From an uncultured Candidatus Saccharibacteria bacterium (lineage in GTDB: Bacteria > Patescibacteriota > Minisyncoccia > Phycocordibacterales > UBA9973): a stretch of 64,000 bases of DNA. How positions within the stretch are numbered: the stretch's first letter is position 1; the number at the start of each line of letters is the position of its first letter. Both the position numbers and the translations under genes were made by a program. Location: the NCBI GenBank assembly GCA_964496425.1, contig CAZBZO010000003.1, forward strand, positions 55,728 through 119,727, written 5' to 3'. The notes under the pieces are model-generated. The model was given only the letters and a program-made list of their open reading frames with translations, was not told the DNA's origin and searched no databases. Below are positions 8,900 to 17,610 of this stretch, piece by piece.

Positions 8900-9098
8900 A
8901 TCGACTAAATTATTAGCAGATTTGCTAATAACCGATGTAGTCGAATTTACCAAATTGTTCCCAATACCAATCAGGTTTTGGAGGCAGTTCCACTTTTTCG
9001 GGTGGATTTTTTTTCTTTTTTTTCACAGATTTATTTTTTTATACAATACCATAAAAATAGAAAATAATCAACAGCCTGCAATTCTTACTCTTAAAGTC

Positions 9099-9521
9099 TT
9101 ATTTTCTTCCTGTGGAGCCAAATTGGCCCATACCGCGCGAAGAATCCGAAAGCTCGTCTACCTCTTCGAGCTCCACGATTTCTACTGGCATAATAAGAAG
9201 CTGAGCGACTTTGTCGCCTTTCTCCACCGCATAGGGCTGGTCTCCAAGATTCACCAGGTGCACATTGTATTCACCACGAAAGCCGGCATCAAAGGTACCA
9301 CCCATAGTGTGGAGTCCTGCTTTGGAAATACTACTTTTGTCTTTTACAAGCGCTGCATAACCTTCTGGAAATTCAAGCGCAAAGCCGCTCATAAAACGAT
9401 GGTGCTCGCCTGGCGGGATCACCACGTCTTCCATGGCGTACATATCGAGACCCACATCCCCTGGATGGGCGTAGCTCGGCATTTTCGTTTCAGAATATAA
9501 TTTTTTAATTTTGATTTTCAT
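9099..9521 (-). CDS. dut: dUTP diphosphatase
   Basis: 140 aa. PGDVGLDMYA, the HTMGGTFDAGFRGE motif and the C-terminal RGMGQFGSTG are conserved dUTPase motifs. Confidence 0.85.
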   Translation of the reverse strand: MKIKIKKLYSETKMPSYAHPGDVGLDMYAMEDVVIPPGEHHRFMSGFALEFPEGYAALVKDKSSISKAGLHTMGGTFDAGFRGEYNVHLVNLGDQPYAVEKGDKVAQLLIMPVEIVELEEVDELSDSSRGMGQFGSTGRK

Positions 9522-10005
9522 TGTTTAAAAAATAATTTGAATACATTCCAAAGTTTTTTAGAAATATGCTTGGATCTTTTTGATAAGCACTCAATAATTC
9601 TTCTGTGGTAAACCACCGTACTTCTTCGACTTCTTTCTTCTCGATTACAAGTAACGTATTCTTTGGTATCACGAGAGTAAACCATTGTACAAAATATTCG
9701 TGGGTAGTGGAACGACGCATCTTAGGCCCAAGTTTTGGTTTAATATTTTTTAACCCAATTTCTTCTTCTGCTTCTTTGATGATATTTGATTCATATGTTT
9801 CTCCTTCTTCGACTGTGCCTGCTACCGCTGGCCCCCACAGTCCAGGAAGTTTTCGTTTCAGATATGATCTTTGTGCAAGCAATATTTTGCCGGACGAATC
9901 AGTAATCCATAGGCCAGTCACACGCGTGATCTCTTTTTCGCCTCGTAGATCACGATCTTTATACTCTATGATTTCATCTTGTTCATTAACGATTGGAATT
10001 TTCAT
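9505..10005 (-). CDS. Nudix hydrolase
   Basis: GTVEEGETYESNIIKEAEEEIGL matches the Nudix box GX5EX7REUXEEXGU. It overlaps dut by 17 nt. Confidence 0.7.
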   Translation of the reverse strand: MKIPIVNEQDEIIEYKDRDLRGEKEITRVTGLWITDSSGKILLAQRSYLKRKLPGLWGPAVAGTVEEGETYESNIIKEAEEEIGLKNIKPKLGPKMRRSTTHEYFVQWFTLVIPKNTLLVIEKKEVEEVRWFTTEELLSAYQKDPSIFLKNFGMYSNYFLNNENQN

Positions 10006-10703
10006 TTGAATATCTTCTTTACTTTCTCGTAAATTTCTTCATGTATATCGTCTATCATGCGAAGTGCATTGTTGGGTGTACAGTCGATTTGAATATAATT
10101 CTTTTGTGTTTTCGAAAGCCAAAGCGCACTCTTACGAGAATTTTCCATATACGCAACATTGCCTTCCACAATATCTTTTTTCTTGCCAAGGTACGCCCGC
10201 TTGGTCTTTTTGTTGCGCTCTTTAATGAGATTTTTTATAAAGCTCATGGAAAGATTGAGGTAGAACACAGCTGCCGGACGCGGAATTTTGAATACTTCAT
10301 ATTCCATCTGATCGAGCCAGCGGATAAATTCTTGACGTTTCTTAGGGTTTCGGATTTTGCCGCCTTGATGGATTTGGTTCGCACTGGCATAACGATTGGC
10401 AAGTACGATATAGCCTTTTTTAAGCCATCCATTGATCTCTTCTTTGGATTCCCATCGATCAGCTGCATAGGCAAGCGAGGCGATTTTTGGATGAATCGTG
10501 ACCCAATTGTAGTAGCTTTCTGAAAGACACTCTCCGATGAATTTGCCAAAGAAGTTTTTGTAGTACTCGGGAAAGTCCACCACTTTCACTTTTTTGCCTT
10601 CTTTTAGGAGTCGCTTCCGCAAGAGCTCTACTTGAGTCGCCTTCCCGGAGCCATCCGTACCGTCTATGACAATGAGTTTGCCGCTTTTCATGCCCTTCAT
10701 CAT
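10002..10703 (-). CDS. tmk: Thymidylate (dTMP) kinase
   Basis: IVIDGTDGSGKATQVELLRKRL is the P-loop in dTMP kinase context. There is a 4-nt overlap with both neighbours. Confidence 0.8.
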   Translation of the reverse strand: MMKGMKSGKLIVIDGTDGSGKATQVELLRKRLLKEGKKVKVVDFPEYYKNFFGKFIGECLSESYYNWVTIHPKIASLAYAADRWESKEEINGWLKKGYIVLANRYASANQIHQGGKIRNPKKRQEFIRWLDQMEYEVFKIPRPAAVFYLNLSMSFIKNLIKERNKKTKRAYLGKKKDIVEGNVAYMENSRKSALWLSKTQKNYIQIDCTPNNALRMIDDIHEEIYEKVKKIFK

Positions 10704-11488
10704 AGCATACCGGTCTTTTCTCGAAGTTGCTTAAAATGTTTGAGGTAGGCGACGATTATGAAGCTGATGATGACCATGAGAAACCAGGAGCTAATCTTGT
10801 TGGCTGAAACTACATTCCACACATGGACTTGGTCCGGGTACTGCCAAGCTCCGAGAAATGTTGAAATGTTCTCTGCGATCCAGATAAAAAAAGCAATGAG
10901 AAGAAAAGAGATTCCGAGCGGCATACGGCGACGCTTCGTGGTGACAGTGAAGTAGACCTTTGTTTTCCAAAAAAATATAAATACGAGCGGAATAAGGAAA
11001 AGCCGAATATCAGGTAAGAAATGATTGGTAAAAAAGTTGAGGTAGATAAGTATTCCAAGTACAAAGCAACCGGTGTACGAATAGAGATGAGAGAGCTCAA
11101 GCTTGAAAATTTTCCAGGCTGCGACTATATAGCTTCCGATAGCTGCGTACATAAACCCGCTATAGAGTGGCACGGTCCAGATTTTGAAAAAAGCGTCTTC
11201 CGGATAGCTCCATGAACCGACAAAAGCGCTGGTCTTGTAGATCTCGAGCATGAGACCGATAATATGAAAAAGAAAAATAGTTTTGAGCTCATCTTTGGTT
11301 TCTAGTTTGAAGACATAGAGTAATACCTGGACGAGCACGCTGGCAAGAAAGAGAAAATCATAGCGCGCGAGCCCAAGCGTCGTAATGTATTGTGAGGTAA
11401 AGAGAAGCAGAAAAAATACTCCAGCAAAGAGCGCAGCTTGTGCCTGCTTTAAACCAAAAATGAGAAACTCTTTAGCGAAATTCTTCAT
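10700..11488 (-). CDS. Polytopic membrane protein of unknown function, embedded in the nucleotide operon
   Basis: 262 aa with about 8 hydrophobic helices and no recognisable motif. Its position suggests a transporter, possibly for a nucleoside or base. Confidence 0.45.
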   Translation of the reverse strand: MKNFAKEFLIFGLKQAQAALFAGVFFLLLFTSQYITTLGLARYDFLFLASVLVQVLLYVFKLETKDELKTIFLFHIIGLMLEIYKTSAFVGSWSYPEDAFFKIWTVPLYSGFMYAAIGSYIVAAWKIFKLELSHLYSYTGCFVLGILIYLNFFTNHFLPDIRLFLIPLVFIFFWKTKVYFTVTTKRRRMPLGISFLLIAFFIWIAENISTFLGAWQYPDQVHVWNVVSANKISSWFLMVIISFIIVAYLKHFKQLREKTGML

Positions 11489-11913
11489 TGAGATTCAATA
11501 TCAAAATAATTTCTTCCAGTTTTAAGTGCCTCAAAATATGAAGGGATGGTTGAAAAAAGAGGAGTTGGTAATTGCTCAGGATCATACCAATCCCAACCTT
11601 CACATTTTTCTGGCTCTCGTACTTCCGGCTCACCACTTTTCCAATCTGCCACCATGGCAATATCAACATAATGCTTACCGTAATTTGTCATATTCAACAA
11701 CCGTAGAAATTTAATATTTGTGACCTCAATTCCAGTTTCTTCTTTTACTTCCCGGCATACACACTCGCTGATTGATTCCATAAATTCCAAATGTCCTCCT
11801 GGCCATGCATACTCGCCTTCTCCATGAGAACTTTTACGCTTCCCCATTAACACCTTCCCATCCTTAAAAATCATCACCCCTACCCCTACTTTTGGCCGTT
11901 GTTCGTCTGTCAT
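11485..11913 (-). CDS. Nudix hydrolase
   Basis: GGHLEFMESISECVCREVKEETGIE is a Nudix box. Confidence 0.7.
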   Translation of the reverse strand: MTDEQRPKVGVGVMIFKDGKVLMGKRKSSHGEGEYAWPGGHLEFMESISECVCREVKEETGIEVTNIKFLRLLNMTNYGKHYVDIAMVADWKSGEPEVREPEKCEGWDWYDPEQLPTPLFSTIPSYFEALKTGRNYFDIESQ

Positions 11914-11916
11914 AAA

Positions 11917-12462
11917 TTAATTAGGTTTAATCTTTTGAATTAATCCTTCTTCAAGCAAACGAACCGCCGCCGGTGGTACATATTCTTTCCATTTATTGTT
12001 CCCCAAGACAATCATGCTGCGGATTTCGCTACCGCTAATTATTTTCTTTACTTCTCGTGATCTCACATCAAGACCAAGCTTTGCTAAAACTTTTTCTTTC
12101 TTTTTTCCCCATTCATCATATATATCGATAAAATAAATTGCGTCCGGAGGAGCATAATATTTTATCTTCTCTGGAAAATTAATCGGGAAAGGCACAATTT
12201 CAAATCTATCTCTGGAAATTCCTATATCAATCAAGGTGTCGCGAATCATCTCCAAGCGTTCCCAGTAAGAAAAAGGATTATTGATCTCTTCGGAACGATG
12301 AGGATTGGCATCATCAAAGCGGGTAAGGTCAGGATCTGGATTACATATACCGATTATAACTTTTTCGCATTCTTCAAATGCATGTAAAATCAAATCGTCC
12401 ACGTGGCCGTTATGAAGTATCTGAAATCGCCCATGCACTACCCCTATTTTTTCTTTTTTCAT
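11917..12462 (-). CDS. NadM/archaeal-type NMN adenylyltransferase-like nucleotidyltransferase
   Basis: IGVVHGRFQILHNGHVDDLI matches the (H/T)xGH nucleotidyltransferase motif in the GRFQPxHxGH form typical of NadM-type NMNATs. The start is taken at MKKEKIGVV, which abuts the DNPH1-like gene. Confidence 0.6.
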   Translation of the reverse strand: MKKEKIGVVHGRFQILHNGHVDDLILHAFEECEKVIIGICNPDPDLTRFDDANPHRSEEINNPFSYWERLEMIRDTLIDIGISRDRFEIVPFPINFPEKIKYYAPPDAIYFIDIYDEWGKKKEKVLAKLGLDVRSREVKKIISGSEIRSMIVLGNNKWKEYVPPAAVRLLEEGLIQKIKPN

Positions 12463-12463
12463 A

Positions 12464-12874
12464 CTAAAATTTATGGATGCTAATAAATTCCTCAAGAATT
12501 CGAGGTACGTCTTCAATGGTTTGATATTCACGCACGGTCACATGTGGACTCCCTGCAATCATGTTTGAGAGTTTGCGATCAGAGCCTGAACGGTAAAGAC
12601 ATAGTATGGGAATCTTGAGATGCTCTGCAGAAGCGATCTCATACCCAACCCCGAGACTTGGCGTCGTCACTTCAGCAATGAGTATATCAGTGGATTTGAG
12701 TTCTTCTCTATCTCTTTCATAGCTTTCTTGATCAGACATTATCTTGGTCTCTTCGCGAGGTCGGAGATGAAAAGAAATCACTTCACCATATTTTTGAATT
12801 TCACGAATGATCTCTTGGTAAAGCTCCTTATCATCACTTCCTCCTCGCACTGATCCAGAAAAATAGATTTTCAT
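12464..12874 (-). CDS. DNPH1/Rcl-like 2'-deoxynucleoside 5'-phosphate N-hydrolase (nucleoside 2-deoxyribosyltransferase fold)
   Basis: MKIYFSGSVRGG...ILIAEVTTPSLGVGYEIASA...IPILCLYRSGSDRKLSNMIAG aligns closely with mammalian Rcl/DNPH1 (YFCGSIRGG...VVVAEVTQPSLGVGYELG...RILCLFRPQSGRVLSAMIRG), including the catalytic Glu of PSLGVGYE. Confidence 0.7.
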   Translation of the reverse strand: MKIYFSGSVRGGSDDKELYQEIIREIQKYGEVISFHLRPREETKIMSDQESYERDREELKSTDILIAEVTTPSLGVGYEIASAEHLKIPILCLYRSGSDRKLSNMIAGSPHVTVREYQTIEDVPRILEEFISIHKF

Positions 12875-12876
12875 GG

Positions 12877-13527
12877 TTATGCGGTCGGCCGTTTAATGAT
12901 TAATTCTTCTTCCGGATTTTCTCGCTCGAGATTGTTTACAATTTTTTGAGCTACAAAATCAGAATCCATATACTCTTCAAAATTCGCTGGCTTATTTTCA
13001 CCATACAAATCCGTACGCGTACCTCCAGGATATACAGAAAAAATATTAACACCAGATCCTTCGTTCTCGGCTTTTAAGGCTTGTACATAGCCACGAATCG
13101 CCCATTTGCTGGCTGCATAAATCTTTGCATTCTTAGCACGAGTGGCATCAAGTGCCGCGCTTGAGAGAATATTTACTACTACACCACTATTGTTCGTTTT
13201 CATATATCCGAGCGCTGTTCGACAGCCAAATATAGTACCAAAAAGATTCGTGTCAATAATTTCATGCACTTTAATCATATCAATCAATGCTTCTTCAGGA
13301 GAAAATGTGTGGAACACGCCAGCATTGTTAATCCACACATCAATGCGGCCAAATTCTGCCACAGTTCTTTTTGCCAACGCTTGTACTTCCGTTTCCTTGC
13401 GCACATCGGTATCACTGCGGTCTGAAGCCACGACCTGTGCGCCTTTGTTTGTAAATAAAACAGCTAAGGATTTTCCTATCCCTTTTGACGCTCCAGTAAT
13501 AACAATGACTTTATCTTTGAGGATCAT
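12877..13527 (-). CDS. Short-chain dehydrogenase/reductase (SDR)
   Basis: VIVITGASKGIGKSLA is a TGxxxGxG Rossmann motif, and NAG plus YAASKWAIRGY gives the YxxxK catalytic motif. Confidence 0.75.
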   Translation of the reverse strand: MILKDKVIVITGASKGIGKSLAVLFTNKGAQVVASDRSDTDVRKETEVQALAKRTVAEFGRIDVWINNAGVFHTFSPEEALIDMIKVHEIIDTNLFGTIFGCRTALGYMKTNNSGVVVNILSSAALDATRAKNAKIYAASKWAIRGYVQALKAENEGSGVNIFSVYPGGTRTDLYGENKPANFEEYMDSDFVAQKIVNNLERENPEEELIIKRPTA

Positions 13528-13530
13528 TTT

Positions 13531-13974
13531 TTATTTTGAATGAGTGCTTTCACTAGCAAGTTTTTCCAGAAGTTTATCTCTAAATTTCATAACCATCATC
13601 TCTTGAGTAATAACTGAAGGATCTGAAGAATCAGTGAGCTCGTTGCCATAGTGTTCATGCATAAGCCAAGTACGAATGTATTTCTCATCTCTTTCATCTG
13701 GCATCGCTTCTGCAATCGCAATAAGTTTCTTCACAAAATTATTTTGCCGCATCGCGCGAAGTTTATCTAAATTCTTTTCAAGGCCTGCTGCAGTATCGAT
13801 TTTCAAAAGTGGTTTATCTTCAAAACCCTTTTGTACCATCTTTTGTTGGGTAATACCTTTTGTAAGCGGAACACCATTAAGGACAATAATAGGCTCCCCT
13901 TTTCTAATGATGTAAGTATCACGGGGTTTTTCGGAACTCCCAAAGTTATTCATATTTTCACTAAATCGAATCAT
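13531..13974 (-). CDS. Hypothetical protein
   Basis: 147 aa with a charged, non-repetitive composition and no recognised motif. It is translationally coupled within the operon. Confidence 0.4.
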   Translation of the reverse strand: MIRFSENMNNFGSSEKPRDTYIIRKGEPIIVLNGVPLTKGITQQKMVQKGFEDKPLLKIDTAAGLEKNLDKLRAMRQNNFVKKLIAIAEAMPDERDEKYIRTWLMHEHYGNELTDSSDPSVITQEMMVMKFRDKLLEKLASESTHSK

Positions 13975-13979
13975 ATCTT

Positions 13980-15236
13980 TTACACAAACTTCTCCGGTAT
14001 CGGATGACTTTCCGCCAGCGCTTTGATTTCAGCGCGAATGCGGTCTTTTACTCCGCTATCATCTTTATTACGCAAAGTTTCGATCAAGAGCTCCGCCACG
14101 CGAGCACAATCTGCTTCCATAAATCCTCGTGTGGTAATAGCTGGCGTGCCGAAGCGAATACCTGACGGATCAAGTGGCTTACGAGTGTCACCCGCAATAG
14201 AGTTCATATTGAGCGTAATGCCGACTTCATCGAGCACCGTCTGGGCTTCTTTGCCGGTCACACCGAGCGAGCCGAAAACATCAGCCAAGATCAAGTGATT
14301 GTCCGTGCCGCCGCCGATCATGCGCACGCCTTCTCGCTTGAGGACTTCTTCCATAGCTTTAGCGTTTTTGAGTATTTGCTTGGTATACGCTTGGTACGCT
14401 GGAGTCATAGCTTCACCAAAGGCCACGGCTTTAGCGGCAATGGTATGCATGTGCGGACCGCCTTGAATACCAGGAAAAATGGATTTGTCGATCTTCTTGG
14501 CAAGCTCTTCACTCTCACGGGTGAGTATCATGCCCCCACGTGGACCACGAAGTGTTTTGTGGGTCGTCGTGGTGATGATATCAAAACCATAATCAAATGG
14601 ATTCTCCAGTGCCTTACCTGCAATGAGTCCAGCGATATGCGCCATATCAGCCATGGTGATCGCCCCGACTTCGCGAGCAATCTCCACAAACTTTTTATAA
14701 TCGAGCGTGCGTGAGTACGCAGAAAATCCAGCGAGAATTATTTTTGGCTTCTTCTCGATAGCGACTTGTCGGAGGGCCTCGTAGTCAATCTCCCCTGTTT
14801 CCGGATCTTTCATTTTGTAAGTCACGAAGTTGTAAATCTTCGCCGGCAAAGTCATTGGATGACCATGGGTAAGGTGCCCACCATGAGAGAGATCCATACC
14901 AAGCACGGTATCGCCAGGAGAAAGAAGTGCGGCGTAGACTGCCAAGTTGGCCGGGGCACCGGAGTGCGGCTGGACATTGGCGTAGGCGCAATTAAAAAGT
15001 TTTTTCGCTCGCTCGATAGCAAGTGTCTCCACGATGTCAGTAAAATCCTGTCCGCCATAATAGCGCCGCCCTGGATACCCTTCGGAATATTTGTTGGTAA
15101 ACACCGAGCCGTTGGCTTCAAGGACGGCGCGCGATACGTAGTTTTCAGATGGAATGAGCTCAAGCCCTTCCCGCTCGCGCTTCTCTTCGCCTTCGATAGC
15201 CGCTAATACTTCAGGATCTTGTTGTAAATAATGCAT
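13980..15236 (-). CDS. glyA: Serine hydroxymethyltransferase
   Basis: 418 aa. The PLP-lysine region TTTTHKTLRGPRGG and the general SHMT signature are present. Confidence 0.95.
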   Translation of the reverse strand: MHYLQQDPEVLAAIEGEEKREREGLELIPSENYVSRAVLEANGSVFTNKYSEGYPGRRYYGGQDFTDIVETLAIERAKKLFNCAYANVQPHSGAPANLAVYAALLSPGDTVLGMDLSHGGHLTHGHPMTLPAKIYNFVTYKMKDPETGEIDYEALRQVAIEKKPKIILAGFSAYSRTLDYKKFVEIAREVGAITMADMAHIAGLIAGKALENPFDYGFDIITTTTHKTLRGPRGGMILTRESEELAKKIDKSIFPGIQGGPHMHTIAAKAVAFGEAMTPAYQAYTKQILKNAKAMEEVLKREGVRMIGGGTDNHLILADVFGSLGVTGKEAQTVLDEVGITLNMNSIAGDTRKPLDPSGIRFGTPAITTRGFMEADCARVAELLIETLRNKDDSGVKDRIRAEIKALAESHPIPEKFV

Positions 15237-15255
15237 GGAATATAAAAATTAATTA

Positions 15256-15765
15256 TTAATCAAACTGATGCCCAACAATATTCTGTGGATCTTTAATATT
15301 GAAAAGTTTCTCGCTATTTTTAAGTAAAGTAGCGTCTGAGATACCTGCTTTCAACATTTTATCCCAACATGGCTTGCAACACCACCAATGTCCCCATAAA
15401 TACAGCCGAGCTCCTCGCATATCAGCTTTATGCTTTTCTCCATCACGCACGGCGCGAAACTCTCCATGGTTTTTATGAGATGCACAGCCAGGGCAAAGAA
15501 AATAAAGTTTTCCAGATGGAACACCGAACAATCGTCGTATGCAATATTTTTTATGAAGTGCGACGAGCCTTGGATCTCGAAGTGCTGATTGATTGGCTCC
15601 TTTGGCGACAACTTTCCCGTCTTTAACGATGATCGCCCCCGTGGAGATGCTTGCATCAGTCGAATACCTCCGCGCTTCTTCTTTGGCTTCTGCCATATAA
15701 GGATCAGAGATTTCCACATAGGCAATTTTTCCACTTTGTGGCATATAGGGATATTGGATTTCCAT
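15256..15765 (-). CDS. dCMP deaminase-like zinc deaminase (CDA fold) with an extra Cys-rich insertion
   Basis: ISTGAIIVKDGKVVAKGANQ...HGEFRAV...GARLYLWGHWWCCKPCWDKMLKAGI aligns with the dCMP deaminase H(A/C)E...PCxxC...AGI zinc site. An extra CIRRLFGVPSGKLYFLCPGC block is inserted. Confidence 0.6.
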   Translation of the reverse strand: MEIQYPYMPQSGKIAYVEISDPYMAEAKEEARRYSTDASISTGAIIVKDGKVVAKGANQSALRDPRLVALHKKYCIRRLFGVPSGKLYFLCPGCASHKNHGEFRAVRDGEKHKADMRGARLYLWGHWWCCKPCWDKMLKAGISDATLLKNSEKLFNIKDPQNIVGHQFD

Positions 15766-15804
15766 ATGTAGCTATACTAACAGCTTTTATAGTAGAATGA
15801 AAAC

Positions 15805-16656
15805 ATGACAAAGTTCGACCAGCTCTACCAGGATCTTCTGAGAAATATTATGGAAACTGGTATTGCAGAGCACAACGAACGCACGGGCCATGAGACCAAA
15901 GCTTTGCCGGGAGTCTCGTTTTCGACCGATATTGAGCGTGACGGTCTCCCTATTCTTACGCTTCGCAAAATCCCCGTCAAAAGTTTCATCGCTGAACAAA
16001 TCTGGTTTATATCTGGTGCCAAACGTCCAGATGAATTTTTAAATAAACACACTCAAATCTGGAACGACTTTATGGAAACTGATGGCACGATTGCGGCCGC
16101 ATACGGCTATCGGTGGCGACACCATTTCGGACGCGATCAACTCGGACAACTCATCGCTCACTTAAAAGCTGAGCCACATTCCCGCCAAGGCGTCATCATC
16201 ACCTGGGATCCAGCCGACGACGGACTCTATGGGGATGGGCTTACCGCCACATACAAAAAAAATGCACCGTGTCCGTTTGCATTTACCGTCAATATTATCG
16301 GCGGACGACTTCACATGATGAATATCGTGAGATCAAATGATGCCATACTCGGTCTGCCTTTTGATGTCGCTGGATTTTCAATCCTGCAATGTATTCTTGC
16401 TCAAAAGCTCGGCGTGACGCCAGGTATCTATACCCACGTCATTGCCAACGCGCATGTCTATGACAATCACTATGAAGCGGCGAAGGAAATCGTTGCACGA
16501 GACCATGATCATACGCCAATCATATTGCACTTGCCAGAACATTCATTTGAACGCGCAGAAAAAAAAGATGATGCGCTCCTTGAAGAAATACAAAATGATA
16601 TCGCCTCGCAATATCAACCACTTGAATCAATTAAAGGACTGAAGATAGTACTGTAA
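15805..16656 (+). CDS. Thymidylate synthase-family enzyme with Asp at the Asn177-equivalent position, predicted dCMP-specific methylase or hydroxymethylase
   Basis: The region after the catalytic Cys aligns with E. coli ThyA without gaps. APCPFAFTVNIIGGRLHMMNIVRSNDAILGLPFDVAGF lines up with [38 protein letters not shown], and ANAHVYDNH with GDTHLYSNH. R21, R166, S167 and D169 are conserved. N177 is replaced by D (codon 16363-16365) and H147 by P. Confidence 0.8.
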   Translation: MTKFDQLYQDLLRNIMETGIAEHNERTGHETKALPGVSFSTDIERDGLPILTLRKIPVKSFIAEQIWFISGAKRPDEFLNKHTQIWNDFMETDGTIAAAYGYRWRHHFGRDQLGQLIAHLKAEPHSRQGVIITWDPADDGLYGDGLTATYKKNAPCPFAFTVNIIGGRLHMMNIVRSNDAILGLPFDVAGFSILQCILAQKLGVTPGIYTHVIANAHVYDNHYEAAKEIVARDHDHTPIILHLPEHSFERAEKKDDALLEEIQNDIASQYQPLESIKGLKIVL

Positions 16657-16668
16657 GTACATTCTTAT

Positions 16669-17079
16669 ATGAATACTCGCCACGTCGTTGTGGGTCTCGT
16701 CACCCACAAAAAGAAGGTATTGATATTGAAACGATCTGAAAATGATCCGACATACCCTGATATGTGGGAATTTATTTCCTGGGTCTCCAGAGAAAAAGCC
16801 ACACCGAAAATAGATGCGGTAAAACGGCACATCTGCCATGCCACAGGACTTTCTTTATCGGAGCCATATGCAGGGAAAAAATTTCGGGTAGCAAGCGTGC
16901 ACAGCACGTTGTATATGCACCCGTTTATTTTTCAGGCCGATAGTGATGAGGTCACGCTACTGCCAGAAAAACACGAGAGTTATAGATGGGTGCGGCCGCA
17001 AGATATAGGTAAATATGCCTTAGTGCAAGATTTGGACAACTGCCTCAAACTTCTTAGTATTTTGCTTGAACACTGGTAA
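16669..17079 (+). CDS. Nudix-fold protein with a degenerate Nudix box
   Basis: 136 aa. The N-terminal VVVGLVTHKKKVLILKR and overall length are Nudix-like, but the box region REKATPKIDAVKRHICHATGL lacks the REUXEE glutamates. Confidence 0.4.
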   Translation: MNTRHVVVGLVTHKKKVLILKRSENDPTYPDMWEFISWVSREKATPKIDAVKRHICHATGLSLSEPYAGKKFRVASVHSTLYMHPFIFQADSDEVTLLPEKHESYRWVRPQDIGKYALVQDLDNCLKLLSILLEHW

Positions 17080-17088
17080 ACTAGAGGT

Positions 17089-17607
17089 ATGATACTTTCT
17101 TTTATTGCCGCTATCGGCAAAAACCACGAGCTCGGCTTCGGCAATCAGTTGCCGTGGCATTTGCCGGACGATCTGAAGCGTTTCAAAGACATCACCCGCG
17201 GACACACAGTGCTGATGGGCCGAAAAACGTATGATTCCATCGGGCGACCACTCCCCGACCGACGTAACATAATCATCACTCGGGATACGACCTTTGTGGC
17301 GCCGGGTATTGAAGTCGCACATTCACTTGATGAAGCACTCCGCCTCGCCTCGCTTGATAATGGAAAACGATTTGAAGAGGTACCAGAAGAGCCTGAAGTA
17401 TTTGTGATCGGCGGAGGACAAGTCTTCACCGAGGCTCTCCCTCGCGCCCAAAAAATGTATCTCTCTCATGTCGAGACTGCTCTCCCCGCTGATTCTTTTT
17501 TCCCAAAATTTGATCTAGGGGAGTGGAAAATCCTAAGCGAAGAATTTCATCCAAAAGACGAAAAACATCTCTACGATTTTACCTTTAAACAATATGAACG
17601 AAAATAA
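17089..17607 (+). CDS. folA: Dihydrofolate reductase
   Basis: MILSFIAAIGKNHELGFGNQLPWHLPDDLKRFKDITRGHTVLMGRKTYDSIG is the canonical DHFR N-terminus, and the VIGGGQVF motif is present. Confidence 0.85.
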   Translation: MILSFIAAIGKNHELGFGNQLPWHLPDDLKRFKDITRGHTVLMGRKTYDSIGRPLPDRRNIIITRDTTFVAPGIEVAHSLDEALRLASLDNGKRFEEVPEEPEVFVIGGGQVFTEALPRAQKMYLSHVETALPADSFFPKFDLGEWKILSEEFHPKDEKHLYDFTFKQYERK

Positions 17608-17610
17608 CTA

